From a virus (lineage: Duplodnaviria; Caudoviricetes), in IMG/VR virus record IMGVR_UViG_3300012933_000298, positions 1-26,231 of that record: a stretch of 26,231 nucleotides of DNA; one strand, 5' to 3'. The notes under the pieces were generated by a model. It made no database searches and was not told the origin of the DNA. It was given only the letters and a program-made list of their open reading frames with translations. This document shows positions 5,962 through 15,191 of the stretch, piece by piece (within the stretch, counting starts at the first letter, position 1; the number at the start of each line of letters is the position of its first letter). A program made the translations under genes and the position numbers.

Positions 5962-6287
5962 GGCTTTAGTTCCTCGTCATCATCTGAACCAAAGTCATCC
6001 CAGTCAACCTCAGTCATCTGAGAAGTAGCAACCGCTTCCTTGACTTCCTTGTTGTCCTGCTTGGCAACCGCAGCGCGGAAACCCTTTTCGATATCTTCGT
6101 GGCTGATATTGGCATCCCAAGCCAACTGCACACCAAGATAAATGATGATGCCTGAGAACACAGTTGCGACACCAATGATGCCACCCATGAACCAGCCGAC
6201 AGTAGCCGAGCCAGCAGCCATGCCAGGGATGAAAGCAAAAGCGATCACACCGATTGAGCGGATAAGAACTTCTTTGACCTTTTTCAT
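5958..6287 (-). CDS. Holin-like membrane protein
   Basis: Two hydrophobic segments and an acidic tail, directly after the endolysin. ATG 6287 follows AAGGA. Confidence 0.55.
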   Translation of the reverse strand: MKKVKEVLIRSIGVIAFAFIPGMAAGSATVGWFMGGIIGVATVFSGIIIYLGVQLAWDANISHEDIEKGFRAAVAKQDNKEVKEAVATSQMTEVDWDDFGSDDDEELKP

Positions 6288-6288
6288 T

Positions 6289-6801
6289 TTATTCCTTACA
6301 GGCGCAGGTCGCGCAGTGCTTGACTGAGGCAGGGGTGACAGTTGTCGCATCCGCTTGGGCAGGTGCTTTTTTTTCGGCAGCAATCATCTTCACTAGGAAG
6401 GTGTGAGGGTCATAGACCTTGCCCGAGATTCCACCGCCGCTAGTTAGCGAGAGAGTGAAGTGCAGGTGGACACCTGAAGAGGCTGAACCTGAAGTGCCAG
6501 CGCCACCGACCGACTGACCAGACTTGACCGCTGTGCCAACCTTCAGCGGTGACTGCTTGTCCATGTGGCAGTAAATGAAGAACCACTTGCCAACCTGAAT
6601 CTCAACAACCCAGCCAAGGACATCCGACCACTTGTTTAGGGTGACCTTGCCATCGCCCACAGCCTTCAGCGGTGTGCCAGCTTTGAAGCCATTGTAATCA
6701 CAGCCTCGGTGTGGCCCTAGACCCATAGCCTTGCGCTGAGGCGAGTGCGACCCGAAAGGGTCAGCAACCTTCGGAAATGGTAAGCGCCAGTTGTAAGTCA
6801 T
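6289..6801 (-). CDS. Endolysin, M23 peptidase
   Basis: HRGCD, YCH and HLH zinc motifs; short tail ending CATCAC. Confidence 0.88.
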   Translation of the reverse strand: MTYNWRLPFPKVADPFGSHSPQRKAMGLGPHRGCDYNGFKAGTPLKAVGDGKVTLNKWSDVLGWVVEIQVGKWFFIYCHMDKQSPLKVGTAVKSGQSVGGAGTSGSASSGVHLHFTLSLTSGGGISGKVYDPHTFLVKMIAAEKKAPAQADATTVTPASVKHCATCACKE

Positions 6802-6825
6802 ACCCCTATTCTACCAATCAGCCTG

Positions 6826-7002
6826 TTAGCGCTTTTTGGCAGGGGCAAGCCAGATGAGGATGGCGGCAATGGTGGCATAGCCAACAATGGTCTTAGCCTC
6901 GCCCTCCAAGAGAACCCAAGCGATGAACAAACCAACCAGGGTGAACACCTGTGCTTTGAACTCAGCCCAGAAATCCGCAAGGGCATCCAGTATCTTCTTC
7001 AT
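6826..7002 (-). CDS. Small two-TM membrane protein, 58 aa (MKKILDALADFWAEFKAQVFTLVGLFIAWVLLEGEAKTIVGYATIAAILIWLAPAKKR)
   Basis: Manual translation. SD AAGGAG; fills the gap better than the 6798..6986 ORF in the track. Confidence 0.75.
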   Translation of the reverse strand: MKKILDALADFWAEFKAQVFTLVGLFIAWVLLEGEAKTIVGYATIAAILIWLAPAKKR

Positions 7003-7004
7003 TT

Positions 7005-8390
7005 CTATCTCCTTAGTAAAGCAACCGAAGCCATCTGACCGACAATGACTGTTCCAACAACAACCCTTTGACCGCGCTCTCGCTCGGCAGGGCTAATGTC
7101 CGCACCAATATTTCCGACAGCATTGAAGGTGTCCATGACCGCGCCAGCGACATTGCCCAGCAAAGGGATGGCGGCTAGTTCGGCTGGCAGTTCAGGGTCA
7201 TCGGCTTCAGCAACAACTGCTAGAGCTTCGAGTGCTTGCTCATAGGCTGGTGATCCTTGTTCGGCGGTTGCTAGAACAGCAAAGGCTTCTTGAGTGATTA
7301 CCGCTTGTTGAACTGGGCTGATGGTTTCAGGGTCAACAGTTTTGAGGTCTAGTTTTATTTCTGGCTGTGGCGGTTTAGGGGCTTCGACTGGTGGTTCAGG
7401 TGCGACTGTCGGCTTTGGCTCTGGTGTGGCTTCAGGGGTCGGCTGAGGGGCTGGTGGAGTAGGTTCTGGGGTTGGCGGTGCTGGCTCAGGAGTAGGCTCT
7501 GGCTCGGGTGCAGGTTCAGGCTCAGGCTCAGGCAATGGGATAGGCTGGGGTTGCGGTGCAGGTTCAACAACAGGAGGGGCAACAACAGGTGGCACAACAG
7601 GAATTGGGGCGGGCTCTGGCTGACTCACTGGCGGCTGGACTGGGGCTTCTGGCTCTGTGCTTGGTGCTGGGGATGGTGTGGTGGACTCCACTGGTGATGG
7701 CTCTGGGCTTTGCGGTGTTTCGGTTGGGGCTGGCTGTCCTGTTCCTGAAACTAGATTCACTCTCAAAACCTTGACAACACCGCCACAAGGATCACCGAAC
7801 ACCCCATTGTCGGCAGACACCTCAAAGGTGTTAGACCCGAGATAGGTTGCCAGAACAGCGCTGACATCAGCGCCACAAGTCGCATCATTCGGTGCGCCAT
7901 ACCAGCCAGTAACAGCAGTAAAGACTTCCCCTGCTGGGGCAGTAGCCGAAAAGAGCTGACCTTCCCAAGTGCCAGTTTCAACCACCGGCTCAGTCACAAT
8001 CGGGGCAGAAAAGATTGGGCCATACCAGCCACCCCAGAAGCCCTCATCCTTGCCAGTAGCCTGAATAAGAACCTCGCCTGAAACAACAGTCTGGATAGTG
8101 ACAACCTCAATGCTGTTGCCATCCCAGCGCTCGCCATTGATAGTCAGCGACCAGGTGTCAGGGATGGGGTTGCAAGTGCCGATGCAGTTAGCAATGGTGT
8201 TGTTGACTGTAATGGTCAGGGTTGAGTTATCTGCGACCTGTAAGACTTGAGAAGCTGTGCCACCGCGCCAGTCAAACTGCACCGAACCATTGTTCAGATT
8301 GCCCGAAGTTGTATCCCAAGCATAAGCCGGTTGCGCCAAGAATAAAGGGGCGAAGGCTAGAACAAGCGCAAGACCAAACCGCGCTCGCAT
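7005..8390 (-). CDS. Secreted or surface protein with a SUEL-type (galactose/rhamnose-binding) lectin-like domain and a Pro/Glu-rich stalk
   Basis: Signal peptide ending AYA, ADNGVFGDPCGGVVKVLRV motif, long PEP/PTP linker and hydrophobic C-terminus ending RR. Confidence 0.65.
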   Translation of the reverse strand: MRARFGLALVLAFAPLFLAQPAYAWDTTSGNLNNGSVQFDWRGGTASQVLQVADNSTLTITVNNTIANCIGTCNPIPDTWSLTINGERWDGNSIEVVTIQTVVSGEVLIQATGKDEGFWGGWYGPIFSAPIVTEPVVETGTWEGQLFSATAPAGEVFTAVTGWYGAPNDATCGADVSAVLATYLGSNTFEVSADNGVFGDPCGGVVKVLRVNLVSGTGQPAPTETPQSPEPSPVESTTPSPAPSTEPEAPVQPPVSQPEPAPIPVVPPVVAPPVVEPAPQPQPIPLPEPEPEPAPEPEPTPEPAPPTPEPTPPAPQPTPEATPEPKPTVAPEPPVEAPKPPQPEIKLDLKTVDPETISPVQQAVITQEAFAVLATAEQGSPAYEQALEALAVVAEADDPELPAELAAIPLLGNVAGAVMDTFNAVGNIGADISPAERERGQRVVVGTVIVGQMASVALLRR

Positions 8391-8392
8391 AA

Positions 8393-8620
8393 CTAAGCCC
8401 CGATGAGTTTGCTGAGGATGCCGCCAAGAACACCAGCGATGCCGACAATGCCAACAATCATCCAGCGAAACTGCTCAAGGGTTCTAATGCGCTTCTCATG
8501 ATCGTCAATGTTGCGAAGCGACCACTCGATATGGTTAGGCAAGCGCTCATTGAGGATGGTGACCTCGCGGATAAGTTCCTGCGCCCATTGTGGCACTTGC
8601 TCAGGGGTTTGCTCAGGCAT
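8393..8620 (-). CDS. Small coiled-coil protein with a C-terminal TM helix (lysis region)
   Basis: DHEKRIRTLEQFRW followed by a hydrophobic helix. Start at ATG 8620 or TTG 8626. Confidence 0.7.
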   Translation of the reverse strand: MPEQTPEQVPQWAQELIREVTILNERLPNHIEWSLRNIDDHEKRIRTLEQFRWMIVGIVGIAGVLGGILSKLIGA

Positions 8621-8669
8621 CAGCAATCTTTCTGGGGGTCAGGTTGCGTAGGCCTTTGGAACTATTTTA

Positions 8670-8903
8670 TCAGGCGGTTAGAGCAGCAATCTCAGCATCG
8701 CTTAGACCTAGCGCACCGAGCTTAGAGATAGCCGAAGCCTTAGCGGTAGCCTTAGCTTCTGCTTCAGCATCCTGGATAGCCTTGGCTTCCGCATAAGCGG
8801 CAGCATCGGCTTCGCGCTGTGCGATCTCCTCAGCGGTCAGAGGAACAACAGTCTGTTCACCTGTGCTGCAGTCAACCACAATTTTCTGTAATACTTCAGT
8901 CAT
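8670..8903 (-). CDS. Hypothetical tail-fibre-associated protein
   Basis: 77 aa, Ala-rich helix; follows the fibre-like genes. Confidence 0.75.
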   Translation of the reverse strand: MTEVLQKIVVDCSTGEQTVVPLTAEEIAQREADAAAYAEAKAIQDAEAEAKATAKASAISKLGALGLSDAEIAALTA

Positions 8904-8920
8904 TTGTTTCTTCTTTCTAG

Positions 8921-9445
8921 TTAGGAAACTGTTACTCCGCCTGATGAACCCTTAGTGATTCCATACAGGGTGGCAGATGAGTATTCGGCACAAGTTCCAT
9001 TGTTCATATGGAAGGTCAATTGGTTAATGGCAGTTGTCTGTGACCACAGCCCTGCCGCCATAAAAGCGAAAGCGGTTGTTCCATTGTTCTCAGCCATACT
9101 GTCTGCGCTTGCGGACTTGTAAGTTGAGCCAGCATAGTTAGGAACATAGAGAGTGCCATTGCCGAAAGTGTTTGCTGTGTAAGTGCTTACAGGGAAGGTT
9201 ATGTCTACACCTCCAGTTTCAGCATATGAAGCACCGCTGCCTGTGCCTGTGCCATACAACACTCGGGTAGTGAAGTTTCCGCTTGTGTTGTTAAATCTGA
9301 ACTCACCGCTGACATCTGTGCCAGTTGAGTTGCGGATACTAAAGACACACATAAGGTCTGTGAAGGTGGCTGGGATGCTGCTGAACCCAAAACTTGCTGC
9401 GCCACCCGAACCAACCGTGACGGTCTCGATTTTTGTTATAGCCAT
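8921..9445 (-). CDS. Tail-fibre-like virion protein, paralog 3
   Basis: G/S/T-rich; shares SIPAT..DL, RFN, W..T.AI and LYGI motifs with its neighbours. Confidence 0.7.
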   Translation of the reverse strand: MAITKIETVTVGSGGAASFGFSSIPATFTDLMCVFSIRNSTGTDVSGEFRFNNTSGNFTTRVLYGTGTGSGASYAETGGVDITFPVSTYTANTFGNGTLYVPNYAGSTYKSASADSMAENNGTTAFAFMAAGLWSQTTAINQLTFHMNNGTCAEYSSATLYGITKGSSGGVTVS

Positions 9446-9937
9446 TTATGCGCTCACAATTCCATAGAGGGCGAAAGATGTTCCAGCCAACCAAGTAGAG
9501 GACTCGGCAATAACCTGAATCGAAGTGATTGCAGAAGTCGAAGCCCACCGCCCAGCCAAAGCAACAGTTCTAGTATCAGGCGCATCACCGCGACTCAGGG
9601 TTGTTTTGTGCTTGTCGGTTTGGGCATAATCCATAATGTCAATCTTGACAACCGCTTGACCACCGCTCGGGGTATAAAGCCCTGTATAAAGCGAACTCTG
9701 ATTTGACTCCGCACCTGAGATTGCTGATGAGCCTGTTCCAACCATCTGAACATTGTTGTAATTGCCACCAGTATCAGAGTTGAAGCGCAAGTAACTCAAG
9801 CCATTGCCATTGCTAGTGATGCCGCCTGTTACAACCAAGCGAAGGTCGCGGTAGGTCGCAGGGATAGAGGCGAAAGTAACTGAGGCCTGAGCCGAGCCGA
9901 GTGTGAGGTTTGCAAGTGCAACCATTGCAGAAGTCAT
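9446..9937 (-). CDS. Tail-fibre-like virion protein, paralog 2
   Basis: TLGSAQASVTFASIPATYRDL...RFNSDT...WASTSAITSI...LYGI. Confidence 0.7.
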   Translation of the reverse strand: MTSAMVALANLTLGSAQASVTFASIPATYRDLRLVVTGGITSNGNGLSYLRFNSDTGGNYNNVQMVGTGSSAISGAESNQSSLYTGLYTPSGGQAVVKIDIMDYAQTDKHKTTLSRGDAPDTRTVALAGRWASTSAITSIQVIAESSTWLAGTSFALYGIVSA

Positions 9938-9951
9938 AAGTTATCCCCTTC

Positions 9952-10506
9952 TTATTTCAGGCCATAGAGAGAAAAGCGCGAGCCAGCAAGTATGTTCGCA
10001 CCAGTTAGAAGAGTAATTGAAGTGACCGCAGCCGTAGACATCCAAACAGAAGAACCAAGCAAGATATAGTTGCTACCCGATAGCATCCTGGCAGTCTTGT
10101 ATTTTGAAGTGCTACTAAAATCAAGCAAATCCCAAACACCAGCACCATAAGCGCCAGAGGTTGCATTGTTCGCATAGGTGAACATCACATAACCAGACCC
10201 AGATGTTTCACCAAAAGTTGAGCCAGATTGCACCGCTGAACCAGTTCCAAAAAGGTAATGGCTATTATAACTTGATGGCGAAGTGTCACCGTTAATTCGG
10301 TATCTGATTTCTTCATTCGCGGCAGTGCTAGAAGTTCTAGTTGTCATTCTAATTTGCAAATGCTTATAAGCAGCAGCCACAGTATTTAGGCTGGAGAAAG
10401 TAACCGAGGCACTATTTGAACCAAGAACAGTAGTGCTAATCAGTTCATAATCAGAAGCGGCTGGCGCACCAGCCGAGAAACTATTGAACCAAAGAGAACC
10501 CAGCAA
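9952..10506 (-). CDS. Tail-fibre-like virion protein, paralog 1
   Basis: VLGSNSASVTFSS...YKHLQIR...RINGDT...WMSTAAVTSI...FSLYGLK; TTG start. Confidence 0.7.
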   Translation of the reverse strand: MLGSLWFNSFSAGAPAASDYELISTTVLGSNSASVTFSSLNTVAAAYKHLQIRMTTRTSSTAANEEIRYRINGDTSPSSYNSHYLFGTGSAVQSGSTFGETSGSGYVMFTYANNATSGAYGAGVWDLLDFSSTSKYKTARMLSGSNYILLGSSVWMSTAAVTSITLLTGANILAGSRFSLYGLK

Positions 10507-10905
10507 CTAACTAACCTGCCCGATAATCCTGTAAGCATTAGTGTCCACATACCAGACAGAAGCACCAGTGTATTGAGTGCCAAGAGTAAAAGTGCCAGCA
10601 GTGCGAGCAGTGCCATTAGCCGCAGCAGCGATGCCAGAACCAAACACTAGGGTCACGGTGCCACCATCACGGAAGACATCGAAGCGGTCATTGATAGCCA
10701 TACCAGCAGCAGTGCCAATGGTAACCACCGAAGCGGTTGCATTGGTGAAGCGAATGGTTTTCCAAGCATCAGCCGATCCGACAGTGTAAGCGGTAGCGGT
10801 TGAAGCTGTGCCGAGGAAAGCACCAGTCTGGGTGACCAGGCTGTTCATGTCGGAAGCCGACAGAACATCCGCAGCACTCCAAGTCTTTTTGCCAACAAAT
10901 GCCAT
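10507..10905 (-). CDS. Minor tail / fibre-attachment protein
   Basis: N-terminus KTWSAADVLSASDMNS, A/G/T-rich, SD AAGGAG. Confidence 0.7.
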   Translation of the reverse strand: MAFVGKKTWSAADVLSASDMNSLVTQTGAFLGTASTATAYTVGSADAWKTIRFTNATASVVTIGTAAGMAINDRFDVFRDGGTVTLVFGSGIAAAANGTARTAGTFTLGTQYTGASVWYVDTNAYRIIGQVS

Positions 10906-10916
10906 AATTAATCTCC

Positions 10917-12143
10917 TTAGCCGAGTGGCCCTGTGTCTAGTCTACCAAAAACAGTGTCATCAAGAATAAATGGCACATAGTCGAGGGTCGAGAATCCGAG
11001 TGTTACCGAGTGGCGGTTGACATCGGCTGAGTGGCTGATGCTGATAACTTCCGCATACTTCTGGATGGCTGGGGCAATATTGTTCGGGGTGAACTTGATA
11101 TTGCACAGTTGCCCCATTTCAATGCCCAAGATTTGGTTGGCTTCGGCGGTGCTGATTTGTCCGAGGTCAATGGTAACCGCTTCAAAGCGAAACTCTGGGT
11201 TCTGATACTGGGTGACCAGGTGGCTTGCCAAATAGTCCACATCCGCAGAGTTAGCCATGAGCAGGTCTGTGCGAGTGTAGGTCTGGATTCCATACAAGCC
11301 TTGGCTGTCTAGCCCATTGGCGATTGCTGTGCCAGCAGAAGGGATTACAGAGCCGATAACAGTCTGGTTGTAGAGAAGCTCTGAACCATAAACAACTTGC
11401 ATCCCTGTGTATTTGATGCCTGTGCCATCATCGGCTAGGTTGATTGCGCTCGATCCGACAGGGCGCACCGCATTAGCATCATCGAAAACTAACCTGCCAG
11501 ACTTGTCAATGAACAAGCGACCTGATTCGGTGGTTTCGATAATCTGCAAATAGTTGAGGACATTGGCATCAACCGCTTGGACATCTGCCCCGAGCAGGAC
11601 TGTTCCTGTGTCAATCATTCGGTCTGCGGTTGGCCAGAGGACATCGCTAGAGTCAAGGATTGCTTCAATGCGAGCGCCTGGCAACTGGCTGGTTGCTGTG
11701 CCACCCGACAGGGTTTGGTTGGCTAGTTTCGCGAAGCCATCAGAAGCCGACACAGAAGCGGTGCTATCGCCTTGCGGTGCATAGTCTAAGTTCCAGTCAT
11801 CAATCAGACCGGTGTATTGGCGGACACCATTAGAGCTGATGCGGATTTCTCGCTTAGGGATAACCTGCCCGAAGTAAGGGCTGGCAGCATAGGTTGGGTC
11901 GAAGGCGCGGTCATTGTTGTTGAAAACAATCTGGCATTGACCTGCTTGGTAGTTGTCCAACTGGCGCGACTTGCCTCGCTTGATGCTGAACCCTCGAACT
12001 CGGCTGGTGACATCATAGAATATCACACCGCTCAAGACATAGGTGGTGTTATCTAGTGCGCCCTTTACGGGGTCATCAAGAGTGAAGAAGTTACCGACCG
12101 AAGCCGGAAGGTCGAAGCCTAGCTCTACTAGTTCAGTTGTCAT
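10917..12143 (-). CDS. Minor tail (tail tip / hub) protein
   Basis: Follows tape measure; IKRGKSR..D...G...NNDRAFDP and GRLFIDKSG motifs; F.LDD...G.LD occurs at both ends. Confidence 0.8.
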   Translation of the reverse strand: MTTELVELGFDLPASVGNFFTLDDPVKGALDNTTYVLSGVIFYDVTSRVRGFSIKRGKSRQLDNYQAGQCQIVFNNNDRAFDPTYAASPYFGQVIPKREIRISSNGVRQYTGLIDDWNLDYAPQGDSTASVSASDGFAKLANQTLSGGTATSQLPGARIEAILDSSDVLWPTADRMIDTGTVLLGADVQAVDANVLNYLQIIETTESGRLFIDKSGRLVFDDANAVRPVGSSAINLADDGTGIKYTGMQVVYGSELLYNQTVIGSVIPSAGTAIANGLDSQGLYGIQTYTRTDLLMANSADVDYLASHLVTQYQNPEFRFEAVTIDLGQISTAEANQILGIEMGQLCNIKFTPNNIAPAIQKYAEVISISHSADVNRHSVTLGFSTLDYVPFILDDTVFGRLDTGPLG

Positions 12144-14449
12144 CAGATAGCCAGCACTCTGCTAAGACCATTGGTTAGCCCCTGCTTGTTTGCGGTCATC
12201 AAAGCATTAGTCACAAGGCTAGGCAGGGTTGCCTGGTCGGTGATGGTGTTGGCATTGATGGTGACATTGTAGGTGGCAGCAAGGCGCTTCTCATAGGAGT
12301 CTGGTGAGCGCACAGGGTCAATGCCGCCGATGCTTTCTAGCCAAGTTGCATATGACTGTGGCGAGCGCTTCGGGTCAGGTCGGCTTGTCAGGTCTAGCGA
12401 GCGCTGGGCGCTCATGCTAGTGGTTGCCATGGTGCTAAGGGTTGAACCCATCGCCGCGCCTAGGGAAGCCTTGAACTGTGAAGTGAACAGTGAAGCCATA
12501 GCGGTTGCGGTGTCAATGAGCTTCTGATCATCTGAGCGCAAACCATCAATGAATGAGTTGGTGATATCTTCACCAAGCGCATAAAGGATTGGGGTTGAAG
12601 TCGCGGCAATGTCCGAGCCAGCCTTTTCCAACTCGCCAAACAAACCATTGAGTTCCTTGACCGCACCAGCACCACCGGCAATGATGGCTTCGGCAGTAGC
12701 ATTGCCAGCCTCAGCACCACCCTCAACAATCTGCTTGAACAGGTTGCCATTTAGACCGAGGCTCTTCAGCTTGGTTAGGTTGGCAGCGAAGGTCTTAGTC
12801 TTGTCCACCAGTTTCTTGAAACTGTCAGCAAGGCCGCCAGAAACAACCTCGTCAAAGGTCTGGCTAGTAGTGAGCGCAATGCCATTGACCATGCGAGTCA
12901 CAGACTTAGTGACCTGCTTGGTTTGAGTTTCAAGCATCGAGTTGATATTCAGCGACCCCATCACTCCAGAGGTCACCGACTGGGCAATGCTGATCTTCTT
13001 CGCTAGGACATCGCGCTGTTTAGCAATGCCCTGCAGTAGCACCTTCTCGCGGTCAGCATAAGCATTGAGGGAAGCCAGCGCCTTAGCGCCAATCATTCCA
13101 TTCTCAAAAGCCTCATTAGCCGCTTGCTTGATATTGTCAAAGGCTTCAACCGCTTGCTGTTCAAACTCGCCCAGCGCTGGTGATGGCTTGAAGGCTGCTT
13201 GGAAATCCTTAGCAGTCTGAACAAAGCTCTTGTTGAAATCTTCAATCGAAGCCTTGAGTGAATCATAGGCTTGGCGAGCTTCATCCGCTGCTTGCTTCAA
13301 AGCAGCCAGCATCGCCTCGCGAGCCTTATCAATCGGCTTGGTTTTCTTAGTCTTTGTGGTTGTGTCACCACCCATAGGGTCAACTAGGCTCGGGTCAAGT
13401 TTGAACTCTTTGAGGGTGTCAACACTAGAGGCAAGGCTTTCAACCTTTGTGTCAATGCTGCCAATCATTGCATCGGTAAGAACAAAGGCGGCAGCACCTG
13501 TCGCGGCAGCAGTTCCACCGAGGACTAGGGCTTGTTGCCAACTCTTAGCGCTAGTGACTGCCTTAGTAATATACTCACCAATGGCTGTTGCCTTGATGAC
13601 CGCATAGATGCCCTTGGCAACCGCAAAGACAGTTCCCATAGCCTTCGCCCACAAAGCAACACCGGCAACAGTCTTGACAAGCCAAGTGTTATCCAGAAGC
13701 CAAGAAACAAAGCGACCGACATTCTCAGCAACCACACCAAAGATTTGAGCAATCTTCGCAATCTGCGCCTGTCCAGGAGGCGAAGCCAACCAGTCTGCAA
13801 AGTCATTCAGCATCGGCATCAGATAGACACCAATGGATTCTTGCAACTCCCCGATGATGATGTTCATTCGCTGGAATGGGTCATTGTTGGCAGCGGTTTC
13901 TGCCATGCCACCGAACTGCTTTTCTAGTTCGCCAAGTGGATCTTTAGCATTTTTCAGGCTAGGGATAAGTTTGAGAAGAGAGGTGGTTGAACCGCCGATG
14001 GCTTTACCCAAAGCAAGCGACACAGAGCCGAGGTCTTTTCCTGTGCCAGCAGCGACATCCAAAGCAAGGCTGGTTGCAGCGGTAGCCTGACCAATGTCGG
14101 AAGTCGAGCGCAACAAGGTGGCAAAGGCGGGGCGGATCTCATCATCAGCAACCGAAGCCATCAGTTGCATTTCCTTGATGGATTGCTCTACTGCTGCAGT
14201 CTGCGCATCAGTCGCGCCAACAGTATTCTTCAACTGGTTAGCAAGGATCGCCTGGCTCTTGCTGTCCTCAACCGCAGCCTTAGCCGAAGCCTTCAGACCT
14301 GTAGTGATAGCAGCCAAACCAACAGCAACACCAGCGGTTGCTAGGATGCCCTTGAGTGAACCGCCGAGTTTGCCAAACTCTTTCTGTGCATCCTTGATGC
14401 CCTTGTTATCAAATACCGCTTTTAGAGGTAAGAGGATAGAGGTAGCCAT
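12143..14449 (-). CDS. Tape measure protein
   Basis: 768 aa, Ala/Gly/Leu-rich and helical; position in the tail module. Confidence 0.9.
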   Translation of the reverse strand: MATSILLPLKAVFDNKGIKDAQKEFGKLGGSLKGILATAGVAVGLAAITTGLKASAKAAVEDSKSQAILANQLKNTVGATDAQTAAVEQSIKEMQLMASVADDEIRPAFATLLRSTSDIGQATAATSLALDVAAGTGKDLGSVSLALGKAIGGSTTSLLKLIPSLKNAKDPLGELEKQFGGMAETAANNDPFQRMNIIIGELQESIGVYLMPMLNDFADWLASPPGQAQIAKIAQIFGVVAENVGRFVSWLLDNTWLVKTVAGVALWAKAMGTVFAVAKGIYAVIKATAIGEYITKAVTSAKSWQQALVLGGTAAATGAAAFVLTDAMIGSIDTKVESLASSVDTLKEFKLDPSLVDPMGGDTTTKTKKTKPIDKAREAMLAALKQAADEARQAYDSLKASIEDFNKSFVQTAKDFQAAFKPSPALGEFEQQAVEAFDNIKQAANEAFENGMIGAKALASLNAYADREKVLLQGIAKQRDVLAKKISIAQSVTSGVMGSLNINSMLETQTKQVTKSVTRMVNGIALTTSQTFDEVVSGGLADSFKKLVDKTKTFAANLTKLKSLGLNGNLFKQIVEGGAEAGNATAEAIIAGGAGAVKELNGLFGELEKAGSDIAATSTPILYALGEDITNSFIDGLRSDDQKLIDTATAMASLFTSQFKASLGAAMGSTLSTMATTSMSAQRSLDLTSRPDPKRSPQSYATWLESIGGIDPVRSPDSYEKRLAATYNVTINANTITDQATLPSLVTNALMTANKQGLTNGLSRVLAI

Positions 14450-15081
14450 TAAATGCCTTTCGAGTTGATGCGAGTGAAAGCATCGCGCAAAATCTTTTCG
14501 ATGGCTTCGCGAGCTGCAGGAATTGACTTCTCAGCGGCTGGCCATATAAAGCGAGAAGCCGAGCCACCAATCTTTTCTTCAATACCGCGGAACTGACCAT
14601 TGACCTTGTGACGGCGAGTGCCACCCTTGTAAGAATATTCCCGAGTGTAACCCGAACCCTTGTAACCGGCATTGCGGTAGCGACCCGAGCGCCCACCCAT
14701 GTCGGCAAGAGTAACTGCAGGGTTGCCGACCTTGACTCGCACAAGGCTAGTGGTGTTAGAGCGACCCGACTCCGAGGTGCGGAACTGAGGCTTGACATCC
14801 ATTAGCTTGTGAGAGCGACCCTTAGCATCAATGGCATTGTTCCAGTTCAGGCGCGCACCTGGTCGAAGCATACCGCTGTTAGGGGTTACCGAACCGATGG
14901 CACTTTTCACCGCGCTGACAGTCGGGGCAGCAACCGCTTTGGCATCTCGCAGTAGCTGAGTGCGAAGCATCGGATCAATCTCTTTGAGTCGGCGCTGAAG
15001 GTTGCGCACATCGGTGACAGATAGGTTGCTCGCCTGACTACTCCCGAAGGTAGCGATTTGGAATTGCAGCAGACTGGCCAT
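14449..15081 (-). CDS. Basic tail-completion (HK97 gp10-like) protein
   Basis: Arg/Lys-rich with a C-terminal RFIWPAAE motif; leaderless start. Confidence 0.6.
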   Translation of the reverse strand: MASLLQFQIATFGSSQASNLSVTDVRNLQRRLKEIDPMLRTQLLRDAKAVAAPTVSAVKSAIGSVTPNSGMLRPGARLNWNNAIDAKGRSHKLMDVKPQFRTSESGRSNTTSLVRVKVGNPAVTLADMGGRSGRYRNAGYKGSGYTREYSYKGGTRRHKVNGQFRGIEEKIGGSASRFIWPAAEKSIPAAREAIEKILRDAFTRINSKGI

Positions 15082-15098
15082 GCTTCTATTCTACCGCT
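15077..15098 (-). repeat. Leaderless promoter repeat, copy 1 (AGCGGTAGAATAGAAGCATGGC)
   Basis: 21/22 identical to 17607-17628; TAGAAT -10 lies 6 nt before the ATG. Confidence 0.75.
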
Positions 15099-15121
15099 CG
15101 AAGAAATCTTTATTTATTTGC

Positions 15122-15149
15122 TTGCTTGCTATGAAACTTGTGCTACAGT
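15122..15149 (+). promoter_or_regulatory. Promoter of the plus-strand moron
   Basis: TTGCTT, 16 nt, then TACAGT with an extended TG, and an AT-rich upstream tract. Confidence 0.6.
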
Positions 15150-15191
15150 TTCTTTATCAGCACCACAAACTGAAAACAAAGGGAGAACAAA

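Noticed and set aside
6798-6986. 62-aa ORF from the track
   Set aside because: Wrong frame; the 6826..7002 ORF has an SD and a clear two-TM pattern.
7370-7735. Short repeats (GGCTCA, GGTG) as a possible array
   Set aside because: They are codons of the Pro/Glu linker; no repeat-spacer structure.
8630-8669. Plus-strand G-U-rich hairpin as a terminator
   Set aside because: About half the pairs are G-U and no plus-strand promoter is evident nearby; too weak to call.
11003-14468. Numerous antisense and alternate-frame ORFs over the tail and tape measure genes
   Set aside because: Shadow ORFs of long genes, without SDs or motifs.
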